Part shown: one piece after another, positions 1-15,487 of the stretch | Position numbering within the stretch: position 1 is the stretch's first letter | How the letters are laid out: each line of letters opens with the position of its first letter | Assembly (NCBI RefSeq): GCF_009914755.1 | Contig: NC_060932.1 | Strand: one strand, 5' to 3' | Length of the DNA stretch: 64,000 nucleotides | Source of the DNA: the human T2T-CHM13v2.0 reference genome, Homo sapiens | Position numbers and translations under genes: made by a program | The notes under the pieces: generated by a model | Database searches by the model: none | What the model saw: the letters and a program-made list of their open reading frames with translations, nothing else | What the model was told of the DNA's origin: nothing

Positions 1-642
1 TTTCTTTAAAGGGCTTGGTTATTTCCTTTCACCAAATGGCGTAAAGCTTGGATTCAGCCCCTTAGAAAAAAGGGTTTCTTCTACTTTCTGTGGAGCCTTT
101 ACCATATATTGGTTCCTAGAACACAACGGTGGTCAAGGGAGAGGACGCAGAAAGATCAGGCTCAGGCCTGGGTCTTGGGCATCTTCAAGGAACTCGCTTT
201 CTCAGTGGTATAAGAAGAGCCCCACTCTATAAGAGGCATCCAACAGGAACAGCCAACATCAGTGGCACCTTCCAAGTAAGTGGTTCAGACTTCAAGGACT
301 GTGAATAATTACAGTAGGAATTCTGTCATCTCCCAGACCTTGGGTCATTTCAGAAGCTTCATGGAACTAGAGGAATTTCTCCAAAGTTGCCTATTACCTG
401 ACATCTTTATGACCAGCCCAGTCATCCTTGTGCCTCCCACTTTCCACCCAAATGTGATTCTACCTTCATGTAACCTGATTATTTTTTTGGCTTTGGGTTT
501 GTTTTCCTAATACGCATGAGTAAATCATTTAAATTCATTCCCACTCTGTGGAAGGGATGTTGAAGTGTTTCTTAAAGAGACTTTAGCTTTCTATATAATG
601 AATTAAGAACTATTTAAGATGTTTGAAGCAGTTTGGAACTGA

Positions 643-954
<312 letters not shown>

Positions 955-3107
955 TAAAGACCTTTCTTAAGAATTTCTTATGTAGGGAGGGTTAAGAATT
1001 TTCTTTCATGTGTGACCTCACTTTTGATTTTGGCTTTTTTCCATGGATGGTTTGTATGTATATACAGGATAATAAGGTAAGCCTAGGAAATTGCTACATA
1101 CTAGTTAGTTCTCTGTAAACAAACCCTTAAAGTAAGTGCTAGTAAAGACAACAGTATGTGCTTATAAGTCAGCCATATCTAACATATTCAAGGGCAAGAT
1201 CATCTTTTTCCCACAGTAAACAAAGGGCTCTTTCCTTCTGTTACATTTTTAGTTTGCATGGGTCACCTGCTTGTTAGAATTGGCGTTACTAAAAATTAAT
1301 GAATGACAATTGGTGTACATGGCTCCAGGCATCTTCCATGTAGGAAATTTGAGGGGCATTAGGCAGAGAAGTAACTGTTAAGCCAGAACTCAAAACTCTC
1401 AGTGCAATTTTTTCCCCATCTATGATGCCAAGAATACTAGTTCTGAAAGATGTTAAATCGATATTCTGGGGGGAGAATTTCCATGATCAAAGTTTGAAAA
1501 TGCTGGATTAAGCCAAGTTCAACACAGCTCTTTATTGTAGTTCTTCCCCAGTCCTTTATTATTATTATGTGTGAATCACAGGAAAAGGGAGGGACGAGGT
1601 AGGCAGCATGTTGAACATGCTCAGTGACATACATTTTGAGGTCCCAAGTCCCTACTTTTGGAGCTGTATGATTTCAGGCAACAATCTCCTGGGTAGGCCC
1701 TGGAGATTGTTGAGATGATTAGATGAGCCAATGCTTAATAAAATGCTAAGCACAAAATGCCTGGCACGTAATAAACACCTAACAGCCACAGCTAATCCTT
1801 TTGAACCCGAGGCTGAATGGTCTGATGTCACTCATGTTGTGGGGCATGACAGTGCAGCAGAAAGAGCCCACACTTAGGTGTCAAGAGCTTCGGGCTCCAG
1901 TTTGGCCACCAGCTAGACCAGAGGACTTTTGAGCTACTTTGCTACTCTGGTGTTCTGTTTCTTCATTTGTGAAATAAATCAGTGATCTTGGTGACTATAG
2001 TGTCCAGTCAAGCTCTAAAATTGTATGTTCCTTTGGGCTAGACCTAAGCCAGAATTGACAAGTTTAGCTTAAGGACAGGTATATCATCTCTGAGTGACTG
2101 TGTGGGTGACATAAATTTTTAGCTAATTATTATTTCCTTTACAATGTGTGTTGCTAGTAATAAAATAGTTTACTGAGTCACCTATGGAAAGATAAGCTAC
2201 AGTTATAGCCTTTTTGGCACTTTGTAATCATCATAAAAGTTAATATACATTTGAGTCATAATTGGAGTTGGACTGCCTTTACCGTAAAACAGGAGGCATC
2301 ATCTAGATGTTTGTTGTCTGTGATGTGATACAGAAATGTATTATTAGGCCACATGGATATTTTATTTTTATGTTCAAAGGCTAATTTTCTGAAAGTTGGG
2401 TCTGGGAGTCTGAGTTATCCATAATTAAGTTTTCTACCTTCTGCTTTCGTTGTTAACCTGAGTTAAAACCATAAAGTAAATTCGACATTTACTAATTTGA
2501 GCTTTAATTATTTTGACCACTGTGTTGGTTGCACTGGTTGAAAGCATGTGCAGGACCTCTGCTTAGTAGGTAAGGCGTTGTGTTTTTTAAACAAGGCTTT
2601 GAATTTCTAAATAACAGATTTCCACACTGGCAGTTTGAAACATGGTATTTGTTCAGTGTAGGTTTTACCTACATGAGAAAAATCAAACAAATAGATTTGT
2701 TCAGTTGCTATCCTACAAATTGTCTTCGCTGAGAAAATGGACAGGTTTGTGATGTTTCTGACTACATCAAGACTCTACTACACTTGATCTTTTGTGTATT
2801 GAATTAACACTTGTTCTTGTCATTTTTATTACAACTACCGTATAAGTTTGGGCTGAATCATTTTATCAAACTCTAAATTTTTATCATCAAATGTGGAAGG
2901 CCTAAATCACCATCGCTGTCCTCAATTTTCCAACCTAAAGGTGTTTATTTCCTCTTAGGGGTATAATACGAAGGAAAGTAGTGTCACCAGATCTCTTCTT
3001 GGTGTTTTTGTATTGGTGCCTGGGGTTTGGGTAGAGGAAGCAGCAGCAGCAGCTGAGACTAGAACTGCAGCTGAGGCCACTTGGTAAAGAACTTTTTTCC
3101 AGGCTAA

Positions 3108-3441
<334 letters not shown>

Positions 3442-6400
3442 TAAGGAGTTTTTATGTCATCCTCTATGTGGCAGGGAGCCAATAAAGGCAGGAGAGTGAT
3501 ACGATGATGTTTGAGTTCAAGAACAGTCCCTCTGCATCGAATGGCTTCAAAGACACGGACGTGGGCAGTGACAAGGTCAGGAGGCCTTAGTCCAGGTCCA
3601 GGCCCAACATGATGAGTTAGCCAGAGCCGGGGGGCCAGAGGCAAAGGGGTGGAGATAGGAGACAAGTATGTATCTTGCCTTCCTTCTAGGCATTGTGGGT
3701 TTACACAACTGAATCAGATGCGCATTCTCCTCTGGGAATTTCATCTATGGAGGCAGTGTAGTGCTTCAGTTTCCCTGGCTGAATGTGGCATTACGCAGAA
3801 CCCTCTATCTGTCTGCCGCACATTTTCCTCTTGGTCGTACCTTGTTGCTTTCCACAGCCTTCCTTTGCTCTCCTGTATTCACATCTTGCATCAGCCAAAA
3901 GGGAAAGGTCTGAAAGACCAGCTTTGTTTTTCTCCCAGCTTGTACTCTGGACCCTGTTAGCCAACAGTATTGGCACTGCCTCACAGCGATGGTCAGTCCC
4001 AAATTAAACAGCCTCGTTATGACACCCTACAGCCAGGCTGCAGCTCTGGACTTGTGCTTCTGCACGTTTCCTTCCAGTTGCTTTCGTCCAGCGTCTCGGT
4101 CCCATTGAGTAAGGGAGTGTGTGCAGAGTATGTCCCGAGGTTTTCTCCTCAGTCAAGCAGACTACATTTCGCCAGGTGTAAAATCGGTAGTTTCGAATTC
4201 ACCCCTTTTCATGGCCTTGAGGAGATGCTTGTCTCCTTGTCCCAAGGGAATATTGGTGCATAAATCATTTCCCGTCCTAGGCATGTTCATTCCAGAAACC
4301 TTTCAGAACAGAGTGTGGAGTCTTCATAAAAGGAATTTGTCATGAGCGCAGGGGTTTTTTTTTATTTTTTATTTTTTAAAGGGGAAGGCAATAGAGGTAT
4401 TCATTATCTGCTACAGAGTGAAAAGGGCCCTGCTTTATGTTAAATTGGACTTCATGGAAAGATATTGGTAATTTCTCCTATGTTCTTTGTGCTCCTGAAA
4501 TCAGAGTGGGAGAGAACTTTGATTTCAAAATTATTTTCACCACCCTGGATCACAGAGAAACACACTTTTGGCTGCCTTTAAACACATTAAACATCTGGTC
4601 AGCCCAGAGACCACCCGGGAGCCCTGTAGACCCCAAGTAACTGAGTGGCTGAGGGTAAGCCAGCTTCTCTAGACACACCCTGACTTCCACCCCAAGTCTT
4701 GTTGAAATACAGGCCTGACGGCTGTCCCAGGAAGTCAGTTGGCTTGTCAGACTGCCAGTGTGGTTGAACGGTGAGGTGGCTAGAATTCTCTGGGAGGCAT
4801 TTTTGGCCCATCTGCCTGGTAGCATGACAGATGTGTTAGTCCAGACAACTGGGTCATCGAATGAATTGAAATTCAATTTACACATAGGGATTAAGTATCT
4901 CAGTATTACCCTTGCCACATCAAACTTCATTGACAGAGCCAAGAGGAAAATGAAAGTCATTCAATGTTAAGAAAAGGGAAACAAGATTCTAACATGGAAA
5001 GGGAATATTTTGCTTACTTTTAAGACTGTAGGTTACTTAAATAGATGCAATGCAAGCTATAGGAGGTTTGGGGCAGATGGTCTCCTAGGCTTAAAATGGA
5101 GAGATTTTAAACTACGAGGATCCTGGAGGTCTTGTGACATGTAACTCTGAAACCTCAGTCCAAGGCCAATTTGGTTTAAGTAATCTCAGTCAAATATTTA
5201 TTTTGTGGCCATGCATTTTGAGAGGGACAGAGAACACAGGTCATTCAAAACATGCCTTCAATGAGTTGTACTCTGCTGAGGGGCAAGAAAAATGCACATG
5301 AAACAATGAAAAGTAACAGTGAGGGTTTATGTCTTAAACTGTTCATATGCTACAAAATCCTAAAATAGTACTTTATAATTAGGAGGTGTATAAGGAGTGG
5401 AGAAGTCACAGCCTGTTTCATAGTAGCCAGGATTTGAGAGAAGAAACCAGGAGGTCCTCCAGGGGAAGTAAATGGGACAAAGTTTAAGACAAGCAGGACG
5501 GAGAATGGCTTTTTCATGGGAGCACGAATGGTGGTTCAACCCAAGCGGTGTTTACTGAGCATCTACTATATGCCAGGCACTGTGACTGGGGGAGGGAAGC
5601 CTTGCCTTTAAAGGAGCTGAGAGCCTAAGAGGAGGCAGTTGATGATAGAGCTGTAGAACACAGGGCTCCTGACACAGTTCACAAGCTTTGGGAATTACAA
5701 TCTGGAATGGTGATAGCCTTGGAAACCAGTGAAACAGGGTGGCGTCAGATTGCAGAGTTAAGCTCTGACCATTCTACTAGAAAAGTTGCAGCACACTCTT
5801 GGCTCAGGGTGGTCCAGGCCACTGGAACACCAGTCCCTAAGGTTTCAGTTCTCAGAATCCACCAGTGTGATAGCTCAAACAAAATAGATTCCCATGCTTT
5901 GCTTTCAGTTGGCACTGAGGCCTGGTGGAGAATGTGGGCTCAGGTTTAAAGTGCTTTAGCCTTGCTAGCCAGCTGCTGAAACCTGAGAAAATAAAGTGGT
6001 ACTGTTACAGAGGGTTGGACCTGTCCTCTTAGGAAGGTTCCAATCACAGCGACTGCTGGAAGAGAAAATTTTATTTTAAGATTAAATCTAATGAAAGCCA
6101 GTGTAGTAAGGGAAACATTATTTTATAATTTCTGTTAAGAGCAAACATTCTATATGATTTTTAAAAATAGAGCAATAATGAGTGTTGCCTGTTTCCAAAC
6201 AAGCGTTGTTTAAAAGCTGCCTGTCTGCTTTATTATTTTTTTCCTGGGCTTTTGCGAGATAATGGTAGTAAAATATCAATTTACTAAAACCATTTTTTAA
6301 AGTCTTATACCTCTACTCTGTCTCCAGTTCATGCAAGTTCTTCTTTTGGCAGGATTAGGTTGAATTTTAATACTAAACTCTTACTGAAGAGTTAAGAAGC

Positions 6401-7206
6401 TGTGGAACTGGTATACTTAGTGACTGATCCCTCTCCATATTAAGCGTGTGATTTGCTATTACCAGTTGCCAGTAATAGAAAAAGAATGTGCTCGTGTGGG
6501 TTTATCTGTATTTGTCATTAAGGCTTTGCTAAGCCAATGAGCCCTAGAAGCAGGCGTGCAGTGGGCTTTCTCCCTGTCAGGTGAGCCTCACGGGCGCTGC
6601 TCCTCTCCGGGCACTGTGGCTGGCCTCAGCACAGGTCTGGGCTGGGGTAGAAAGGCCTGCATGGCCTGAGGACCCAGGTGACTGGGGATCTCTCATCTGT
6701 AGCGGTAAAGTTCTGAGTATTGCCAGGCCTGCAAGCACTGGTAGGATTTGATGGATCCCTGGGTGATTATTTAGCCTAAGCTAAGCCGTAATACCTTTGC
6801 ATACATCCCCAAGAAAGTCCTAAGTGTTTTGTTCCCTTTCCAGTAAGGGAGTGACAAAGAGAATGCCCAAGATGGCTTATAACTAGCATTGGGATGGCTG
6901 AAAGTCAGGTAAGTTTAGTGGAATGCAACAAAATAAGCCCAAGATAGGAGTTTAGATCTCCGAAATGTTTTCATTCTACTGGTTTAAGCTGTGTAGGCTT
7001 CCCTTGCAGGTTATTAGTCCGTGCTCACCTCTCAAATTGCTGTTAAGTTGTCAGGGTGCCTGAGGAAGACTGTGGCCAGAGATGTGGATTCAGACTACTG
7101 TGGGAGTGGGAGGGGTAGTCACTGCAGTATGTACCTGAACAATCAGATATACAAGTGTGTTTCTTAATCTCTCAACATCCTGACTCCCTTGTCTTTCCTT
7201 TCTCAG

Positions 7207-7318
7207 AGAGCAGAGCTGACATCTGATAAAGACATGTACCTTGACAACAGCTCCATTGAAGAAGCTTCAGGAGTGTATCCTATTGATGACGATGACTACG
7301 CTTCTGCGTCTGGCTCGG
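7207..7318 (+). CDS. SDC2: Syndecan-2 coding exon 2 (heparan sulfate attachment region)
   Basis: Polypyrimidine tract and AG at 7205-7206, donor GTAAGG at 7319. Encodes [37 protein letters not shown](G) with Ser-Gly sites beside an acidic cluster. 112 nt. Exon 1 (signal peptide) lies upstream of the window. Confidence 0.98.
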
Positions 7319-7404
7319 GTAAGGTGGCTGCTTCTAAACACTGGACCTCATTCTCCAGGCATGCACGCACACACATTTTACTGTGCTTACTTCAAGGAGA
7401 CAGG

Positions 7405-7660
7405 CAGGATGCACAGTGGTTAAGGGCACCGTCTTTGGAATCAAAGGGCCTGGGTGCTAATTCTAGCTCTCTCTGCCACTTACGCTGTGAGATCTTGAGA
7501 ATTTATTTGCTGAGCCTCAGTTTCCTCCTTTATAAAATGGAAAGTAACAATAGTCCTTACCATAGAGTTGTTGTGAGGATTAAAAGGGAGTTGACACATC
7601 TAAAGCTCTTAGATTTGGGGGCTTGGCACATAGTGCTCTGTCAACATTAGCTTTTAATCG
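7405..7660 (+). mobile_element. MIR SINE
   Basis: Core ctgagcctcagtttcctcctttataaaatgg...gttgtgaggattaaa. Confidence 0.8.
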
Positions 7661-7874
7661 TATTAAGACTTTCAGAGTGATGTCATGGAAACCACCCTTC
7701 AAGAAATCCCTCAAACACTGGTTTCATAAAACCACCTACCCTATGTTAAAAATTGTAGATGAGACCAAGAAGTTAATACGTTTTTATTCCTAGGGTATTG
7801 TAGGAGGAAAATGCAGCAGCCAAGTAAAATGATTATGTAGTGACATAATCAGATTCCTTAGTATATTATTCCTT

Positions 7875-8362
7875 AATAGTTATCTGTTACCACTCTAAGG
7901 CTACATAATAAACCACCCCAAAACTTGGTGGCTTAAAGTAACAGTCATTCATTTAACTTATTATTCTGTAGGTTGGTGATGTAGGCTGGGCTGGCTGGGC
8001 TCCCTCACATGTCAGTGGTCAGCTGCCGGTTGAGTGTACAGCTTTAGGTTGGGTTTGCAGCTTTCGGGTACTCATATCCCTGGGGCAGCTGAGCAGACTT
8101 GGGTTCTGTTCGTGTGGTCTCTCATTCTCCAGTAGGCAAGCTATTTTTTCACAGTAACAGCAAGTAGAAGTGTGCAAAGCCTCTTGCAGCCAGGCCTTAG
8201 AACTGGGCACAGCATCACTTTTACTACATTTTACTGGTTGAAGCAAGTCAGAAGGCCAGAACAGACTCCACCTCTTAGTGAAAGGATTCATAAAGTCACA
8301 TTTACAGAGGATATGTATACACGGAGGATTAAGGGATTCTGGTCACATTTACAATCTACCAT
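7875..8362 (-). mobile_element. Old MaLR (MLT1-type) LTR
   Basis: Terminal sequence accacccaaaacttggtggcttaaagtaacagtcattcatt is typical of antisense MLT1. Boundaries approximate. Confidence 0.65.
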
Positions 8363-8399
8363 AATTGATGAATATTTCCCCTGTTCTCAGAATGGCCCC

Positions 8400-8765
8400 T
8401 GTATGAGTTCATTCTCACCCTGCTAACAACACAGGGACTGGGTAATTTATAAAAGAAAAGAGGTTTAGTTGACTCACAGTTCAGCATGCCTGGGGAGGTC
8501 TCAGGAAACTTACAGTCATGGCAGAAGGGGAAACAAACATGTACTTCTTCACATGGTGGCAGCAGGGAGAAGTATGAGTGAAGAGGGGATAAGCCCCTTA
8601 TGAAACCATCAGATCTCATGAGAACTCACTGTCATGAGAACAGCATGAGGGTAACTACTCCCATGAGTCAGTGATCTCCCACCAGCTCCCTCCCATGACA
8701 TGTGGGGATTATGGGAACTACAATTTAAGATGAGATTTGGGTGGGGACACAGCCAAACCATATCA
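8400..8765 (-). mobile_element. THE1 solo LTR (THE1D-like)
   Basis: TG...CA ends, ggggacacagccaaaccatatca terminus, 5-bp TSD gcccc/acccc. Confidence 0.92.
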
Positions 8766-9360
8766 ACCCCCAAGAAGCTCAAAAAAGGGAAGAGCTTTCC
8801 ACATACTTAATTAATAGTCAAGTGAGAAATTTGTGGTCAGCAGCATGGTAGGCAAGACTTATCCAGACCTTTTTTGCTTTAGGGTTTTTATAACAGATTC
8901 AACAGATTGTTAGATATCTATGTTCGGTATAACTTTTGTGATCAGATTGAGCTGGGCTTCAGAATGACCCAGAACAGATTAAAATCAGTTGTGTCTTTGG
9001 TAGAAATCTAGCCATGTAAGAGTGAATGTTTTAAGTTGAAAAGCAGAAAGTCTGAGAAAGACAAGAGAGGTGGTTGCTGACCTAGTAACAATGAGCTTAC
9101 AATGCAGTCCTAATGTAAAAATAACTCTAGTTATTCTTGGGAGAGTGATATATATCACACACACAAAATGGGTGTGAAAAGAGTTGTTCTTATTGCCCAC
9201 AACTCTATAAATATCTTTCACTCATGGCACCTCTTTTTTTTTTTTAGCACCTTAAGAGTTCTTTGTAACTGTCATCTTCAATATGTCCCAGGAAATAATA
9301 ACTATGGACATTTTTTGTTCCTACTTCGCAGATCTTAGAATCCAAGAGTTGTTAGTGGGG

Positions 9361-9510
9361 TGTACAGGTTGGCGAAGTCATTTTGCTGATTTGCTAAGGT
9401 TGACCTTAAGTCTAGTTTAAAGAAACCAGTATGCTTAAAGTAAGTTTTCTTTAAATTAAACTTAAGGACAGTCTTAGCAAATCAACACAATGACTTTGCC
9501 AACCTCTACA
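9361..9510. repeat. 150-bp imperfect palindrome (65-bp arms, 20-nt loop)
   Basis: 9361-9425 versus the reverse complement of 9446-9510: 56/65 matches, no gaps (hand alignment). Confidence 0.95.
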
Positions 9511-10414
9511 GACCCCCTGCCCCCATCCAGGTAAAAGAGAGTTAGGGAGGGTCATTTGAAGTCCTGAACCCACTGATCAGATAGATCAAGCTGAGGGTTA
9601 AACATGGGCCCACACTGCTGGTGCCATGGCCCTAGCCTTAGGCAGATCACTGCTGTGAAGAAGTGAAAGAGCTTCGTTCTTGACTTTGGAAACCACCTTA
9701 CACTGAGCTGGGAGTGTTGTTTTTCAGCATGAAGCAGCAGTACTTGTAACTAAAATTTGTGAAGCTTTTAACTGTGTCAGAAACTACTCTAACCCCTATA
9801 ACATCTCTGAAACGATAGATTCTGTTAGTATTTCGATGATTCCCACGAGAAAACCTGAGGCACAGAGAGATTCACTTGCCTCAGGTCACACTATTAGAAG
9901 GTAATAGAACTGGGATAGTGAGAAAGTGAGGGAGTTGGGCGTGAGAGTGTGTTTTCTTTCATTCCTTTGCTGTGCTGCCTCCTTGTGTCATAAACCCCTT
10001 CTAGAATTACCCAGTTCCAGCTTAAAAACACCCCAGGGTTTGGCCAGTGTACCAGTTGTCCCTTCTTTCATCCAGCTATCCAGTAGAAAAGCAAATGGAT
10101 TGGAAAAAATGGCTGAAGGCCCAGAGGGGACTTCCTGGGCAAGGAGATAGGACTATGTTCTATATGTGGGCTCAAGTATGGGCATAAGCAAACATGAAAC
10201 CCTTCATAAGCATTTGCTGTGTGCCACACACTGTGCCATGCTCTTGGGGCACAGAGATAAGAAAGACTTGGTCTCTGTCTGTAGGGGACCAAGAGTCTAA
10301 TGAAAGAAATACAAACATGAGAAATAATCATTGTGATACCCGGTGAGGGGTGACATAATATAGGAAAGGGCTGTATAACAAAAATGTAAGAGGTAAAATA
10401 TAGACCTTTGGTTA

Positions 10415-11480
10415 AAGATGGCAGATCGAACACTACTACCTTTCAGTGTGCAACTAAATTGACGATAAAAGAATTGGGCATGAACTCATAAGGACAAACG
10501 AAACAGTAAAGGAAACAAAAGCCATGAAGTTTTGAAAGCTGGGAAGAAGATGAGCTAGTGGGGACAGACTTGGCAGGCTTCAGAAGGCCGAGTTAGTTCG
10601 CAGTGGGGAGAGCCAAAAAGCAACCCAGTTAACACAGCAGAATCTCTTGGGACCTAGGAATTGGTGGCATTCAGTGGAGGGTGAGAGTGATGTTAAACTC
10701 GGGATGATTGGCTGGAAGTCTGTTTAAGAAATAGATCCCCTGGTTCCTTTCCTCTGTCATGTAGCAAAGGGGCTCATGTTCCCTGCCCTCAGAGGGAAAC
10801 CTGGAGATTTATTATCTGGAGAGGGTAAAACAGAACCCGGGGGTATTTCAGGAACAGATGGGGCTGGGGGTACCTTATGTAAGACAGAGAAAATAAGTTC
10901 TTAGATTAAGAATAATTTAATATGGTGTGATCCCAAGTTGTCTTGTCTTCTCCCAGTCAGTTCCCAGAACACTGGCAGTCTGTCCATTTACCCTCTGGGT
11001 AGGGGACTGGGAGGCTCCCCTCTGGGAAGCTGGACCAATTCAAAGAGAGTGGCATGGGAGCTCTCCAGTGAAACGTACAGCTCTGTATTACAAAGAATAA
11101 AACTTCAATGAGAAATGAAAAATTTCAGTCGAGGGGATGTTGCCTACATTTGACACACCTCTCCTGTGTGCTCAAAGCTTCTAGTCCTCTTTTCGGTGTT
11201 TCCCTCTTCAATATAAACAGGCAACCAAGGCTCCCCAGATATTTAGGAAAAACTTGTAACATGAGAGAAAGAGAAACCCCCAAATTGGGAGAGGACAGCC
11301 ACTTACAGGAAGAAAAAAATTCACAGAAAAACATAGTAAATTCAGAGAGAAAAGCAGATGCTCGAACAATGGCACAAAAACAGGATACTATAAAACAGGA
11401 ATGTTCTGAGACATAAGAGTTCTTAAGAGTGTGGGACTGTCGTGTCAAAAATGAAAAGCTCATTTGGAAGGTGAGAAGAC
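10415..11480 (+). mobile_element. Old L1/HAL1-type 5' region
   Basis: Begins aagatggcagatcgaaca and runs into A-rich, decayed ORF1-like sequence. Family and boundaries uncertain. Confidence 0.5.
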
Positions 11481-11682
11481 ACAGAGGATATTCATTCATT
11501 GAGGAAGTATTTCTTAATCACTTAGTACATGGGAGAACAGGCACCATTCTAGGTTCTAGGGACACTTCAGTAAATAAAATCTAACAGTGTTTTCTCTGGC
11601 GATAGGCTAATTGTATTTATTCCTTCTGTGTTTCCAAATTCATACATGCAAATGTATTTTAAAAAGTATTATTTTTATAAGT

Positions 11683-12031
11683 TGTCTAAGTCCATTCAGG
11701 TTGCTATAGCAAAATACTTTAGACTGGGTAATTTATAAATTTATTGGTCTCAGTTCTGGAGGCTGGGAAGTCAAAGATCAAGGCACAGCAGATTTGGTGT
11801 CTGGTGAGGGCTTTCTGACTACTTTTTAGATGGTGCCTTCCTGCTGCATCCTCACATGGCAAAGGGGACAAACAGTGTCCCTCAAGCCTCTTTCCGAAGG
11901 GCACTAATTCCATTCCATGAGGGCCCTGCCCCCATGACCTGCTCATCTCCTGAAGTCCCTCTTCTTAATACTATTGCATTGGAGATTAGGTTTTAACACA
12001 TGGATTTTGGGGAGACACATTCATACCATAA
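11683..12031 (-). mobile_element. MLT1A-type MaLR LTR
   Basis: tgtctaagtccattcaggttgctatagcaaaatac...gttctggaggctgggaagtcaaagatcaaggcac. Confidence 0.85.
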
Positions 12032-12066
12032 GTAAAAGAAAATGTTATTTTTAAAAAAGAAAATAA

Positions 12067-12598
<532 letters not shown>

Positions 12599-12642
12599 TT
12601 AATGTTTTTAATAAAGATATTAAAAGCAGCAGAGCCATCTGA

Positions 12643-12967
<325 letters not shown>

Positions 12968-13585
12968 CTGTCTTTAACTTTAAAAGTGCCAGCTTAAGGG
13001 GGATTTTCTACGTTACAAATCTCTTCCCTCATACAGATTCATCCCACTTCTAGGTTGATGACTCATATTGGTAACTCTTGTGAAACAAGAGGGTCTTTAA
13101 AAGCCCTAGACTGAAATTTTTCATTTCTCATTGAAGTTTTATTCTTTGTAAGAAAATGATTCATTGTAGGAACAAATTAAGCATATTATATGTAAAATGT
13201 TGATAGATAATTAGGTCACCTGATAAAACAGCATTATATTTCTGGACCCATCATTATTAATGACCTATATTTTACGTAACAGTTTATATAGAATGCTTTA
13301 AATATGTATCATGTCTGTTAGATATGTATCTGTGATATATATGTACCTTCGTGGGTTAGTTATTATTAGCCCCATTTTACAAATGAAGAAACCAAGACTC
13401 AAGTATTACTTGCCTAAGAGTACAGAGCTAATAAATGCCAGAACCAGTACTAGGTTTGTTTGCTTTCTTAATACCAAACCCTGTATTTATTCCAACATGC
13501 CCTGCCATTTCTTCTGTATAATAATGAATATATATGTTTTGAAATTAAAGGAGACAGTTGATAAATTAAGAAATGAACCGGCCAG

Positions 13586-13892
13586 GAGCCGGGCACAGTG
13601 CCTCATACCTATAATCTCAACACTTTGGGAGACCCAGGCAGGAGGATCCCTTGAGCTCAGGAGCTCGAGACCAACCTGGCAACATAGTTGAGACCCCGTC
13701 TCAACAACAAAAAATAATAATAATTTTTTTTTTAATATTAGCTGGGCACAGTGGCACATATATTTAGTTCCAGCTACTCAGGAGGCTGAGGTGAGAGGAT
13801 TGCTTGAGCCCGCAAGTTTGAAGCTACAGTGAGCCATGATCGCACCCCTGCACTCTGGCCTGGGTGACAGAGCAAGAAAAGAAAAAGAAAGA
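13586..13892 (+). mobile_element. Alu (AluJ-like)
   Basis: Diverged dimer with the J-type ggaggattgcttgagccc. Confidence 0.9.
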
Positions 13893-14194
13893 AGTGAACC
13901 ATGGCCATTGCACATGTTTCCAGCATGTGTTGCTTTCCCACCTGCTTATTACATTGATGCGATTCTGTGGAAAATACCCATTTTCTTTTGTTTGAGGAAT
14001 TTAGAGGTATTTATCAATGTGTTGTCCGAGGAAGCCTGGTTAGTTTGAGTTACAGAGTTGGAGTTTGTTTGAGTTGTTACAAATTTGACAAATGATCAAC
14101 TTAAAAGGAATGTTGTATTTGAATGTCAGAAATTCTCAAATGCTATTCTAGTGAAAAGGCAACAACAACAAACAAAAATCATGCTCAGGTAGAA

Positions 14195-15085
14195 AGTCAC
14201 TTGTTGAACAAATACCAGATCAGAGCCTGTTATGTCTTAGACACTATGTTAGGCACTCAGGGGCCTATTAGGAAGAAGGCAGGTACAGTGTTTCATGGAA
14301 AGGTCACAGTGGCTTGGATTGGAGTGGTGGCCCTGGAACTGTAGAACGGTGTTAAGAGTGGAGGGATAATAAGAAGATAAGATTGATAGGACTGGATAAT
14401 GGATTCAAAAACAAGGTAAGGAAGAGGAAGTCAGAGTTCTGGTGTGTAGGAACAGAGGGCTTCAGTCACTGCAAGGTCACAGGAGGAGAAGACAAAGGGA
14501 CCATGAGTTCTGGTTTGGACATGTTCAGAGGTGTGTTGTACCTTTGAGTCATTCAAGTGAAAATGCCAGGAAGGCCACTGGATATGTGACTTTGAGAGGG
14601 GTGGTAAAAGCCGATGATGTAAATTTAGGTATCATCTGTGCTTAACTCATCATTTATTGACATTGTGGACATGGATGAGGGAGAAAGTGTAGAGGAAGAA
14701 GAGGCCTAGGGACAGACCTTCAGATACTCTTTGATATTTGATGTTGAGGTAGAGGAGGATAAACCAGCAAAGGAAACTTAGAATAGCCAGAGAGGTGAGG
14801 GGGAAGCCAGGAACTCTTAGGAACCCAAAGAAATAGGGTTTGTCCGGAAGCAGATGGCACTTGACAGTGTGCAGTGGTGCTAGGAAGTTCTTCTACTAGA
14901 GGAAGGCGATTCTGAAGAGTGCCATTGGGTGCTGTGGATACTGGTGACCTTAACAAAACAGTATTAATAGTGATGACAGGGAAAATGCTCCTGGAGGGAG
15001 TAGAATGCAGAGTGGAGAAGATGATGAGGACAAGACCTAGTGAGTATCCACCCCCATTGGAAAAATCTGCCTGTAAAACCAGGAG
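14195..15085. mobile_element. L2 fragment
   Basis: L2-like motifs (catgagttctggtttggacatgttcagagg, gatgtaaatttaggtatcatc). Continues between and after the Alus at 15088-15783. Confidence 0.65.
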
Positions 15086-15087
15086 AG

Positions 15088-15424
<337 letters not shown>

Positions 15425-15487
15425 TCACATGAAATAAGGAGTCAGCCATAGGAGAGTTTTCCTGTTTGCATTTTGTTTTGTTGTGGG

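Noticed and set aside
3039-3054. CAG repeat
   Set aside because: Only about four units and intronic.
7205-7215. Tandem alternative acceptors at exon 2 (cagagagcagag)
   Set aside because: Downstream AGs are mostly out of frame or have poor context, and nothing in the sequence supports their use.
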